Origin: an uncultured cyanobacterium
Lineage (GTDB): Bacteria > Cyanobacteriota > Cyanobacteriia > Cyanobacteriales > Nostocaceae
Direction of reading: 5' to 3'
NCBI GenBank assembly: GCA_963740315.1
Contig: CAVUDP010000002.1
Span: forward strand, 704,001-768,000
DNA: 64,000 nucleotides
Part shown: one piece after another, positions 10,137 to 19,230 of the stretch
How the letters are laid out: every line of letters begins with the position of its first letter
Numbering within the stretch: position 1 is the stretch's first letter
Made by a program: the position numbers and the translations under genes
Notes under the pieces: model-generated
Database searches by the model: none
The model's input: only the letters and a program-made list of their open reading frames with translations
What the model was told of the DNA's origin: nothing

Positions 10137-10898
10137 TTGATGAATGAATCATTACCATCCACATCCACAACTCTTATTTCAACAGCATTAATTGCGATCG
10201 CCTTAGCGCTAACGCATTTATTTGGCGGAAAATTGGACTTCGCAAAAGTTCCTCGCAATCGCTGGTTGAGTGGTGCAGGAGGAGTATCGGTTGCTTACGT
10301 ATTCGTACATATACTACCGGAATTAAACGAACATCAAACAGTTTTAGACGAAACGCAAACCGGGTTAATCTCTTATTTAGAACATCACGTTTACCTGCTA
10401 GCCTTATTAGGATTAAGCATATTTTATGGCTTAGAAAGAATGGCGAGTGAATCGAGGGAAAATCAAGAAAAAGCAGGTAAAGGAGACATTACAACCCAAG
10501 GAGTATTTTGGGTACATATTGCTTCTTTTGCAATTTATAATGCTTTAATTGGCTATTTATTAATGCATCGAGAAGAGCCGGATATAAAAAACTTGTTACT
10601 GTATAGTTTAGCAATGGCGCTTCATTTTGTTGTCAACGACTTCGGCTTACGAGAAAATCACAAGCATCTCTACGATCGCATCGGACGCTGGATATTAGCA
10701 TCAGCAGTTATTGTAGGATGGGTAATAGGCAGCGGTACTCAAATTGGAGAAATGGCGATCGCCGTTCTTTTTGCTTTTTTAGCAGGAGGAATTGTTCTTA
10801 ACGTACTTAAAGAAGAACTTCCCGAAGAACGAGAAAGCCGTTTTTGGGCTTTTGCATTGGGTGCAGCAATTTATAGTGCTTTACTTTTAGCTTTGTAA
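10137..10898 (+). CDS. Multi-pass membrane protein, ZIP-transporter-like
   Basis: About 8 hydrophobic segments; AGGVSVAYVFVHILPE, MALHF, AFLAGGIVLNVLKEELPE. Confidence 0.65.
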   Translation: MMNESLPSTSTTLISTALIAIALALTHLFGGKLDFAKVPRNRWLSGAGGVSVAYVFVHILPELNEHQTVLDETQTGLISYLEHHVYLLALLGLSIFYGLERMASESRENQEKAGKGDITTQGVFWVHIASFAIYNALIGYLLMHREEPDIKNLLLYSLAMALHFVVNDFGLRENHKHLYDRIGRWILASAVIVGWVIGSGTQIGEMAIAVLFAFLAGGIVLNVLKEELPEERESRFWAFALGAAIYSALLLAL

Positions 10899-11262
10899 TC
10901 GATCTGTAATATCCTCAGATGTCACCGAAAAGAAAAGGTAAGACGGGGTTTCGATCGTGTAACTTACCCGAAATCCGAAGTAGGTTATACGCCGTTTTTA
11001 AATCAAAGCAGGTATAAAAATAATTTCTCTACTATTTCTTAGGATATAAAATTTTATCCCTAAAGATAGACACCGATAAGAATAATAGTTATTGCCTCAG
11101 CTAGAAGAATTAACTAGGAAAAAAGTGTAAGTTTTAATTAAATGAAATTCAATTTAAGAATTTGATTTACTACAAATGATTCATTCAATTGTTTTAAATC
11201 TATTTAGAGATAAATTCATTCTATATAAATAAAAGTGCTTCTACAGGCAGAAACTAACTATT

Positions 11263-11916
11263 TTGAAGATTAAAGAGGTATTTATGCTTAAGAATAACAA
11301 AAATCTCGGCACCTTGAAGAAACTTTTGAGCGGCTTTGCAATTGTGATTCCTTTCCTTCCATTAGCTGCATTTGCCGTTCCGGCTCGTCCCAACCCGAAG
11401 CGCAATCCCTGTCCTAAAATTTATTACGAGGAACCTTACAACAACAAGATATTAGTTCCCGCAGGATGCACGCCTAATGCTGCAACTCAACGTTGGAAAC
11501 AAACCGGACAAGCTGTGGATCAATCGCTCAATGTAGTACCCCCGGCTACAAACGTAAAACCCATACAGCCACCTGTACCAGAAGCTCGTCAATCTGCGAT
11601 CGCTACTATCAAGCCAATGATGGATGGTAAAGTGAGCGTAATGTTGAAAAATGATACTAATGCTCGCATTTCCTATCAAGCTGTTACATATACTGAAGTT
11701 CGGTATTTGGAACCTGGAAAAGAAGTAACTTTACGCGATCTTCCTACACCAGTTACCATCACTATGGTAAGAGAAGATGAAGGACTGTTACGAGTAATGC
11801 CAATGTCTGCTAAAGAAGATGGTATGTTAACAGTTAATTTGGATGAAAAAACAAAATTTGATAACAACCAAGGTGTTTTAAGAATTCAGTCAGATGGTGA
11901 TGTCTTTTTGAACTAA
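11263..11916 (+). CDS. Secreted hypothetical protein
   Basis: Signal-like N-terminus; CPKIYYEEP..GCTPNA; start may be ATG 11284. Confidence 0.7.
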   Translation: MKIKEVFMLKNNKNLGTLKKLLSGFAIVIPFLPLAAFAVPARPNPKRNPCPKIYYEEPYNNKILVPAGCTPNAATQRWKQTGQAVDQSLNVVPPATNVKPIQPPVPEARQSAIATIKPMMDGKVSVMLKNDTNARISYQAVTYTEVRYLEPGKEVTLRDLPTPVTITMVREDEGLLRVMPMSAKEDGMLTVNLDEKTKFDNNQGVLRIQSDGDVFLN

Positions 11917-11978
11917 GAATTTGAACTAAAACTTATAAGTTTTATCTACGGTGCATTGTAATTTAAAATGGAGCAAAG

Positions 11979-12821
11979 ATGCAAAAGGTTCGTAAACAGA
12001 AAAAGTCATTGAATTTAAGTAAAACTTTGAGTGGATCGATGAATAAATTTGGCAGATTTCAGGGTGCGATCGTATTAGCTGTAATGGCTTTAGTACTTCC
12101 TGCTTGTAATAATAATGAAGCAAATGTTCCCGGTGCGGGAAACGTTACCACTGAAGAAGTTGCAAGCAATACTGCTGCATTAGATGGTAAAACTGTAACT
12201 GTTAGAAGCGAACCTAAAGCTAAAGTAGGTCCAGCTTCTTTTACCGTAGAGGATGAAAAATTCTTTGGTAGCGAACCTATTTTAGTTATTAACGCTTCGG
12301 GAGAAGCTTTTGTTCTACCTGCGGATGACGATACAGAAATCCAGGTAACGGGTGTAGTTCAGAATTTGGTAATCGCAGATGTCGAACGCGAATATAGTTT
12401 GACTTTGGACAGACAGTACTACGTAGACTACGAAAATAAACCTGCAATTATTGCTAAGTCTATTGCATTATCACCCGATCCAGGCGATATTACCAAAAAT
12501 CCCGAAAAATATTATAATAAGCGCCTTGCGGTAACGGGTGAAGTTGAAGATATTCAAAACGCCAGCATCTTTACGCTGGATGAAGATAAGTTATTCGGTG
12601 CGACAGATTTGTTAGTTTTTAATCCCAAACCAAAAGTAGCTGTTAAAGATGATGAAGTAGTAGCAGTTACCGGGGTACTTCGTCAGTTTGTAGTTGCTGA
12701 TTTTGACCGCGAATACGATCTAGGATGGGATTTAAAGCTTAAGCAGAAGCTAGAAGCCGAGTACAAAACCAAACCTGTATTTGTAGCTGATAACGTATAT
12801 CCTTCGGCAATTTCCGACTAA
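11979..12821 (+). CDS. Lipoprotein with internally duplicated domain
   Basis: Lipobox LPAC; two similar halves (VTG.V..F.VAD.EREY.L); true start probably MNKF at 12039. Confidence 0.75.
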   Translation: MQKVRKQKKSLNLSKTLSGSMNKFGRFQGAIVLAVMALVLPACNNNEANVPGAGNVTTEEVASNTAALDGKTVTVRSEPKAKVGPASFTVEDEKFFGSEPILVINASGEAFVLPADDDTEIQVTGVVQNLVIADVEREYSLTLDRQYYVDYENKPAIIAKSIALSPDPGDITKNPEKYYNKRLAVTGEVEDIQNASIFTLDEDKLFGATDLLVFNPKPKVAVKDDEVVAVTGVLRQFVVADFDREYDLGWDLKLKQKLEAEYKTKPVFVADNVYPSAISD

Positions 12822-12842
12822 CTTAAATCTGTTAATTAAGAA

Positions 12843-12872
12843 GAGGCTGGGATTGTTCTTATCTCAGCCTTT
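12843..12872 (+). terminator. Terminator-like hairpin
   Basis: gaggctggga..tctcagcctttt. Confidence 0.5.
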
Positions 12873-12920
12873 TGACTGTTTGATTTAACATCTACCTTAT
12901 TTTTATATATTCCTCAAACA

Positions 12921-13733
12921 ATGGCTAATCAAACGCAAAATAGTTTTCATTGGAGTCCAAAAATAATTTTTAGCATTGCTTTCTTTGGGCTTCTGGTTGG
13001 ACTTTACTTCATATTTGTACGGCAACCGGCTGCAACTCCAGGAATGATGACGGTATCTGAAATAGCAAGAGATAAAGATGATTTGATTGGTAAATTTGTC
13101 ACAGTTAGAAGCAAATATATTGAACAACTCGGTCCTACTTCCTTTGCTGTAAGTAAAAGAAAATTCTTGATCCAAAGTAAACCAGTTATTATTATTAATG
13201 CATCGGGTAAAGTCTTTAATCTTCCCACGCAAAAAGACACAGAAGTGCAAGTTACGGGTACGGTACGTCAGTTAGATATACCCAAGCTTGAAAAAGAATT
13301 TAACTTAAGATTGCGAGATAAAGTTTACGAAGACTATAAAAATGTAACTGCTATTGTTGCTCAGCATATAGCTTTAGCGCCCGAAATAAATGATATTGCC
13401 GATAATCCGAGTAAATACTATAACCGACGCTTGGCACTTACTGGAGAAATAGATAGCATTCAAAATTCCAAAATGTTTACTTTGGATGAAGATGATTTAC
13501 TCGGTGAAGAAGATTTATTAGTTTTTAATCCTACTCCTGCAATGGCTGTGAACAACGACCAAACAGTAGCCGTAACAGGGGTTCTGCGTCCATTCCGAGT
13601 TGCGGAAATGGAAAAAGAGTATAAATTTACTTGGGATGAAGGATTGAAGAAAGAGATGGAATTAAAGTATAACGAAAAACCCGTATTGATTGCCGATACT
13701 GTTTATCCTTCAAGGGTTTCAATTTTAGATTGA
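12921..13733 (+). CDS. Membrane-anchored paralog of 11979-12821
   Basis: Shared INASG, VQVTG, YYN.RLA.TGE, FTLDED, DLLVFNP motifs; N-terminal TM instead of lipobox. Confidence 0.75.
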   Translation: MANQTQNSFHWSPKIIFSIAFFGLLVGLYFIFVRQPAATPGMMTVSEIARDKDDLIGKFVTVRSKYIEQLGPTSFAVSKRKFLIQSKPVIIINASGKVFNLPTQKDTEVQVTGTVRQLDIPKLEKEFNLRLRDKVYEDYKNVTAIVAQHIALAPEINDIADNPSKYYNRRLALTGEIDSIQNSKMFTLDEDDLLGEEDLLVFNPTPAMAVNNDQTVAVTGVLRPFRVAEMEKEYKFTWDEGLKKEMELKYNEKPVLIADTVYPSRVSILD

Positions 13734-14561
13734 TTAGTAGGTTAGAAGAAAGGAAAAAATGTCCGAGGTGGATGGGGTAATAACATCTTGCACCATTACC
13801 CATTGGAATTTACTTGTTTTTCAGCGAACCCGTATTCTGATTACAAACTGCGGGAGCAATAGAAGCCACACATTTCCCCATAGTTACGGTATTAACGCCG
13901 TATCTCGATCGGCGAATGTTATCAAAAGAACTGCAACCATCTAAGTTTACCTTTTGAACAACTGTTTTAACGGCAATTTTCTTTGTCGAATTCACCGTAG
14001 TTTACTTACTGCAATTAACTGGCATTTTGGCAACAAGATGCTTAACTGATAAAATTATAATTAATAATTCAATAAACCCAGTTTAAGAAAACCGGGTTTT
14101 TCATTATTACAAATTCTTGTAATATATTTAATTCATATCTCTATTGCGATCGCTATTTTCTTTAAGAAACTTCATAAAAATATTTTTGATAAAAAAATGC
14201 ATCTCTACAGATATAAACTGATAAAATAACTATCTTAAGACATACATCCGATCGACTTTTAAACCCTAACTATAGATAGGTGTATCCTTATTAGTTTTAG
14301 AGATATTACTTGAATTAAGTAAAGTTGATCGTTACCTAATTTACACCTACATAACATTTGTTTGTAAATAGGTTGTAGATTTAGTTTTAACTATGCGAAC
14401 TTCAGAATAAAAAATTTGATTTTAATCAGAAATTTTATTAGTAAACGTTTCGATGTTGATTGAATTATACAGTTAGTATCATGTTGTTCGTCGAAAAATC
14501 ACTAAAACATTAAATTTATCGGCAGATAAATCAATTAATATTTCATAAACTACATTCACAA

Positions 14562-14912
14562 TTGCAAACGATTGAAATCAAAATGGCACCCGAAATAGAA
14601 ATCGTAACTCAACCAAGCACTCGCGTATCGCCAAATATTCCACCTTCAAGCGAAGTCACAACTATCCAAGTTGGTTTAGCCGTCATTCCCGTGGCTTTTG
14701 TCATTACTTTGGCGTTTATCTTTTTCAAACAAGTCAAGTATCGTAAAAATTTATATACTCAACTTGTTAATTTAAAGCGTATTTCTTCCATTCCCTGTCG
14801 TAAATGTCAGTTTTTTAACAATAATCAACAGCTTCCTTGTGCCGTACAACCCGCGCTGGTTTTAAGTGAAGAGGCTGTCAATTGTGGTGACTACGCTCCA
14901 AAAAGGAAATAA
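14562..14912 (+). CDS. Small membrane protein with Cys motif
   Basis: One TM followed by IPCRKCQFF..LPCAVQP..EAVNCGDY. Confidence 0.7.
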   Translation: MQTIEIKMAPEIEIVTQPSTRVSPNIPPSSEVTTIQVGLAVIPVAFVITLAFIFFKQVKYRKNLYTQLVNLKRISSIPCRKCQFFNNNQQLPCAVQPALVLSEEAVNCGDYAPKRK

Positions 14913-15043
14913 AGTTAAACTCATCGATGGTGTTCTTTTAGCTTATATTGCTCGGAAGCGTAGCGAAGTAATTGAATACGAACCCGCAGCAGCAACTTCA
15001 GGGCGATAGTTTTTTTAACCTATATCTATATATAGATTTGTCA

Positions 15044-15169
15044 CTAAGTAAGTCAGCACAAATAAACCTGCGCTACATAACACAATGTAAATTGGCTTGA
15101 AAGCCTTGCTCTTAATGCCTACTGCCTACTCCCTTGTCCGGCATTAAGATTTGGCTACGCCGATTTAGT
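15044..15169. mobile_element. Degenerate MITE-like repeat
   Basis: Imperfect terminal IRs taagtaagtcagc ... gccgatttagt, with internal tgcctac STRR. Confidence 0.45.
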
Positions 15170-15356
15170 TGTATCAGACTTCTTAGATTAAATAAATAAT
15201 TCTTGCCTACTATCTATCTGTAGAAAAATAAAATTTAGATTGCGAAAAATTTAATCAAGAATTCTATCGAGAGGTCTATTGAAAAAAAATCAACTCTATA
15301 TCAATGTTGTATGAGGTTAAATTAGACCAGAAATTACTTAGTCTTAAGGAGAAATT

Positions 15357-15926
15357 ATGAATACAGGTGAAATGCAGCGTGCAGTTGGTACTTTTGCTTC
15401 TCGTCCAGAAGCAGAGAAAGCGCTCCACGAACTAAGAGATGCTGGCTTCAATATGGACAAAATTTCCGTAGTTGTTAAAAATGCTGAAGGTCAGAACCAG
15501 GTAAGCGGTACAGATTACGAAAAATCAAACAGCGAACAAGCAGCCGGAGGAGCCAAAGCTGGAGCAACAGCTGGAGGAGTCACCGGGGGAATAATTGGTT
15601 TGATACCTAGTTTGGGTGTCTTAGCAATCCCTGGTGTTGGTCCGGCAGCGGAAATAGGGATAATACTCGCAAATACTCTGATCGGTGGTGGTATTGGTGC
15701 GGCTAGCGGTGGTTTACTCGGTGCTTTGATTGGTTGGGGAGTACCTGAAGAACGCGCAAATTATTATAATGATAAGCTAAGCCAAGGATATTATGTTGTA
15801 CTGGTTGAAGGAACCTCAACAGAAATCAACACGGCTCAATCGATTTTAAGCAATGGCGGAGTGCGAGATTGGGAAATTTATAATTCACCCACAACTGGAA
15901 GTGTTCGCACTAACGCGGGTATATAG
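15357..15926 (+). CDS. General stress protein (Gly-zipper membrane protein)
   Basis: RAVGTF..AEKALHELRDAGF..ISVV, GAxAG-rich TMs, GWGVPEERA; aaggag RBS. Confidence 0.8.
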   Translation: MNTGEMQRAVGTFASRPEAEKALHELRDAGFNMDKISVVVKNAEGQNQVSGTDYEKSNSEQAAGGAKAGATAGGVTGGIIGLIPSLGVLAIPGVGPAAEIGIILANTLIGGGIGAASGGLLGALIGWGVPEERANYYNDKLSQGYYVVLVEGTSTEINTAQSILSNGGVRDWEIYNSPTTGSVRTNAGI

Positions 15927-15986
15927 TTTGTGGCTCATCAATACTAATTAAAAAATACGGAGACGTTGCACTGCAACGTCTCTACA

Positions 15987-16250
15987 TTATTTATCAGACA
16001 ACTCAAATCTATAAGTCTCGCCATGAGTTAGATACGTTACCCGTTCATCGAGTCTGGCTTCTGCAACGGATTGCATAAACTCTTCAAGAGGTGATTTCAT
16101 CACGGTGTAATCGTTGTAATGAATCGGAATAGTTAAATTTGGTGCAATAATTTTGATTGCTTCTACACCCTGTTTCGCATCCATAGTTAACAGAATTCCG
16201 AAGATTTTCGTTCCTCCAAGGTGAACTAAACCTAAAGCAATTTTGACCAA
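15987..16250 (-). pseudogene. C-terminal fragment of an MBL-fold metallo-hydrolase
   Basis: HLGGT..LLTMDAKQGVEA..IPIHYNDY; the HxHxDH N-terminal part is missing; break lies beside a palindromic repeat. Confidence 0.7.
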
Positions 16251-16265
16251 ATTTTAGGGGCATTT

Positions 16266-16318
16266 GTAGTGCGAGCGGGACGCTCCCTGGTGGTAGCGAG
16301 CGGGACGCTCGCACTACA
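16266..16318. repeat. GTAG REP-like inverted repeat
   Basis: gtagtgcgagcg ... cgctcgcactac. Confidence 0.7.
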
Positions 16319-16353
16319 CGTATGTGACTCAACAATGTTGATTTGGTCGATTA

Positions 16354-17220
16354 CTACGCTCCGACTACTACACCACCATTAGGATGTAATACCTGTCCGG
16401 CAAAGTAAGAAGAGTCATCTGATGCTAGAAAAACAAAACTGGTAGCAACTTCAACTGGTTGCCCTGGGCGTTCCATCGGTACTTGTTTACCAAAGCCTTC
16501 GACTTTTTCGGCAGGGAACGCATCCGGAATAAAAGGAGTCCAAATCGGTCCGGGAGCTACTCCATTCACGCGGATACCTTTCTTTAATAACGATTGAGAT
16601 AGGGAACGAGTAAAGGCAAGGATTGCACCTTTGGTTGTGGAGTAGCTGAGTAAAGGAGCATTACCTTTGTAAGCATTAATCGAAGTAGTATTAATAATCG
16701 AGCTACCTTCTTTGAGGTGGGGAATTGCAGCTTTGCACAAATAAAACATCGAGAAGATATTGGTACTAAAAATACTACCCAAACGTGCCGCATCGATATC
16801 TTCTAAAGTTTCAGGATTTTCCATGTACTGCTCGGCAGCGTTATTAACCAGAATATCTAGTCTACCCAACCCATCTACGGTTTTTTGTACTACCTCAGCA
16901 CAAAACTTTTCGTTGCTAATATCTCCTGGCAATAACAAACACTTTTGTCCTTCTGCTTCCACTAACTTTTTAGTTTTTTCAGCATCCTCGTGTTCGTTGA
17001 GATAAACGATCGCAACGTCTGCACCTTCTTTAGCGTACAGCACCGACACAGAACGACCGATACCGCTGTCACCGCCAGTAATTAGAGCTACTTTACCCTT
17101 TAATTTATCGCTTCCTTTATAGCTTTCGCGATCGTACTGCGGTTGAGGCTTCATTTCCGATTCTAATCCAGGCTGCTTATCTTGAGACTGAGCAGGAATT
17201 TGGTCTGGGGTAATAGTCAT
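16354..17220 (-). CDS. SDR oxidoreductase (YhxC/YdaD-like general stress family)
   Basis: QPGLESEMKPQP, TGGDSGIG, NNAA, YSTTK, PGPIWT; start at MTIT (17220). Confidence 0.92.
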   Translation of the reverse strand: MTITPDQIPAQSQDKQPGLESEMKPQPQYDRESYKGSDKLKGKVALITGGDSGIGRSVSVLYAKEGADVAIVYLNEHEDAEKTKKLVEAEGQKCLLLPGDISNEKFCAEVVQKTVDGLGRLDILVNNAAEQYMENPETLEDIDAARLGSIFSTNIFSMFYLCKAAIPHLKEGSSIINTTSINAYKGNAPLLSYSTTKGAILAFTRSLSQSLLKKGIRVNGVAPGPIWTPFIPDAFPAEKVEGFGKQVPMERPGQPVEVATSFVFLASDDSSYFAGQVLHPNGGVVVGA

Positions 17221-17643
17221 GTTAGTTCTCCTTATTTTATTTATTAGGTACAATTAATCTTTTTTGGATGTTTTAAAAGTCGAATAAAGGTCGAAGCTAG
17301 TGTAAAACTATGCTAATCGTTTTGTTCAACAAGAAAATTAATTATATTAGCGATCGATTGAGAAGTTATCGAATAAAACTAAATTTAATCTTATTCTCTT
17401 TCTCCCTCCCGATGTTATGTGATGCTGTATCAATAAAACCTTTATCGCTAGATAGATTATGAAATTATATTTTTCTATAGAAAGAAGTAGAAAGAAGTTA
17501 GAGCTAACGGCGGATAGACATCTATCAATAGTTAGACTTATCTTTAAGTGCTAGAAACCCGGTTTTTTTAACTGGGTTTTTTCCAAAAGTGGATGCTACC
17601 GTTCAAATAACATTCCCCAGTAATTTATCAAAGGAGCAAATAT

Positions 17644-18030
17644 ATGTCAGTAAAAGAATTAAAAAAAAGCGATATGATGGCGCATCTGCTTTCTAGTCTC
17701 GATCGAGGTGAAGATATAGGTCATTACGGTAGATTAGTTTTTGCAATGGTAGCGCGTCACTTTTTAAGTGAATCCGAGCTAATTAGTTATCTCAGAAAAG
17801 ATAAAGATTTCAGCGAAGAAGATGCCCGCTCGATGTATTTACAGGTGCAAGGCAAAGACTATAATCCACCCAAGCGAGAGCGTATTTTGGAATGGCAATC
17901 TCAACAAGACTTCCCGATTTGCCCAAATCCCGATGACCCAGATTCCTGTAATGTATACAAAGACTTGCAGTTTCCCTCTGACATATACGAACAGATTTCC
18001 GAGTATCACGAACAAAAATCGGACAGTTAA
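17644..18030 (+). CDS. Hypothetical protein resembling the primase large-subunit C-terminal domain (PriL-CTD/PriX-like)
   Basis: aaggag RBS; GEDIGHYGRL..DFSEEDAR..YNPP..ICP pattern. Confidence 0.6.
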   Translation: MSVKELKKSDMMAHLLSSLDRGEDIGHYGRLVFAMVARHFLSESELISYLRKDKDFSEEDARSMYLQVQGKDYNPPKRERILEWQSQQDFPICPNPDDPDSCNVYKDLQFPSDIYEQISEYHEQKSDS

Positions 18031-18069
18031 ATTATTATTCCACCAGATTAATTTCCATAGATAATGCAT

Positions 18070-18252
18070 TAGACATCTCCGGAAAACAGAAAGACCCCCC
18101 TACCCTGTGTTAGCGTAGCGTGTCTTAGGACATGGGAATGGGGATAATGAAGCCTCTCTCCCAGTGAGGGAGAGGTTTGGAGAGAGGTCTAAAGGTTAGG
18201 TCTTTATCTAAAGAAGAAAACCATATATATAAATGTTTTCCGGAGATGTCTA
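18070..18252. mobile_element. MITE with perfect 19-bp terminal inverted repeats
   Basis: tagacatctccggaaaaca (18070-18088) and tgttttccggagatgtcta (18234-18252); TA at both ends; no ORF. Confidence 0.8.
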
Positions 18253-18526
18253 TTTGTAGTGTTCGCGTCTTGCTGCCTGCCGATCGCTAGCTCCCAAGAT
18301 GCGAGTAATAACCTGCTATATCGATCGACTTCAAATTTAAACAATTGTGTATCATTTTTTGGTCAAGCTTAACAAAGATTTAGAATAGCTTATATGTAGC
18401 ATTATGAATATGCACCATTATCAGAAACCAGGTTTGTTGCTCGTTTCACAACGAATTAATTATCAAAAACCAGGAGAAATCGGATTTATAAGCTTGCCCT
18501 CGAATGGTGAATATTGCCAACAATAA

Positions 18527-18647
18527 CTGATATCTTACACTAGTGTCAGAAACCCGGAATATTTTCGTATAAACATGAATATCTCGTTGTTCATTCAGCA
18601 TATTCCGGGTTTATGCAGAGCTTGTTGAGATTGCTGCAAGATGTCAG
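18527..18647. mobile_element. MITE-like element (ctgacatcttgca-type ends; related ends at ~13781-14044)
   Basis: ctgatatcttacac...tgcaagatgtcag ends; internal IR aaacccggaatat/atattccgggttt. Confidence 0.55.
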
Positions 18648-18750
18648 GAATAACTAACTATAAATGATAGCAAGGAGAAATTTGTTTAATTAAGTGGGAA
18701 AGTGTAATTTTATCAATATTTATCTTTATTTATCTTTATTAATAAAATAA

Positions 18751-19230
18751 ATGACACCTACAAATATTCTTCAAGATTTGCAATATAACGACTTAATGAA
18801 AATGCGAACTGTGTCAGAGGTAATGCAAAGATCGGTGATTCATGCATCGCCTTCTGCTGACTTACTTAGTATCGCTCAAATTATGACACAGAAGAAAATT
18901 AGTAGTGTTGTAATTGCACAAGAAGAAGTAGTAGGAGCAGGGAGAAAAGTTTTTGCCGTTGGCATAATTTCAGAACGAGATGTAGAGCTACTTCAAGGTT
19001 TGGAACTGGATTTAGCTAATATTCAGGCGAAAACGGTGATGAGTAGCTCGTTATTTTCCGTGCGTGCAAATGATTCGCTCTTTGATGCTTTATCACAAAT
19101 GCAGCGTAGAAATTTGCAACAATTAGTGGTAGTCGGGGATGCAGGGGAATTGGTAGGAATTTTAACTCAATCTAGTTGTTTACAAGCACTGTCGTATGTA
19201 AGAAAAAAGACATTAATCTTACTGAAGTAG
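18751..19230 (+). CDS. CBS-domain pair protein (probably the N-terminus of the downstream kinase)
   Basis: VSEVMQ, ISSVVI, VGIISERD, AKTVMSS, LVGILTQS CBS motifs. Confidence 0.85.
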   Translation: MTPTNILQDLQYNDLMKMRTVSEVMQRSVIHASPSADLLSIAQIMTQKKISSVVIAQEEVVGAGRKVFAVGIISERDVELLQGLELDLANIQAKTVMSSSLFSVRANDSLFDALSQMQRRNLQQLVVVGDAGELVGILTQSSCLQALSYVRKKTLILLK

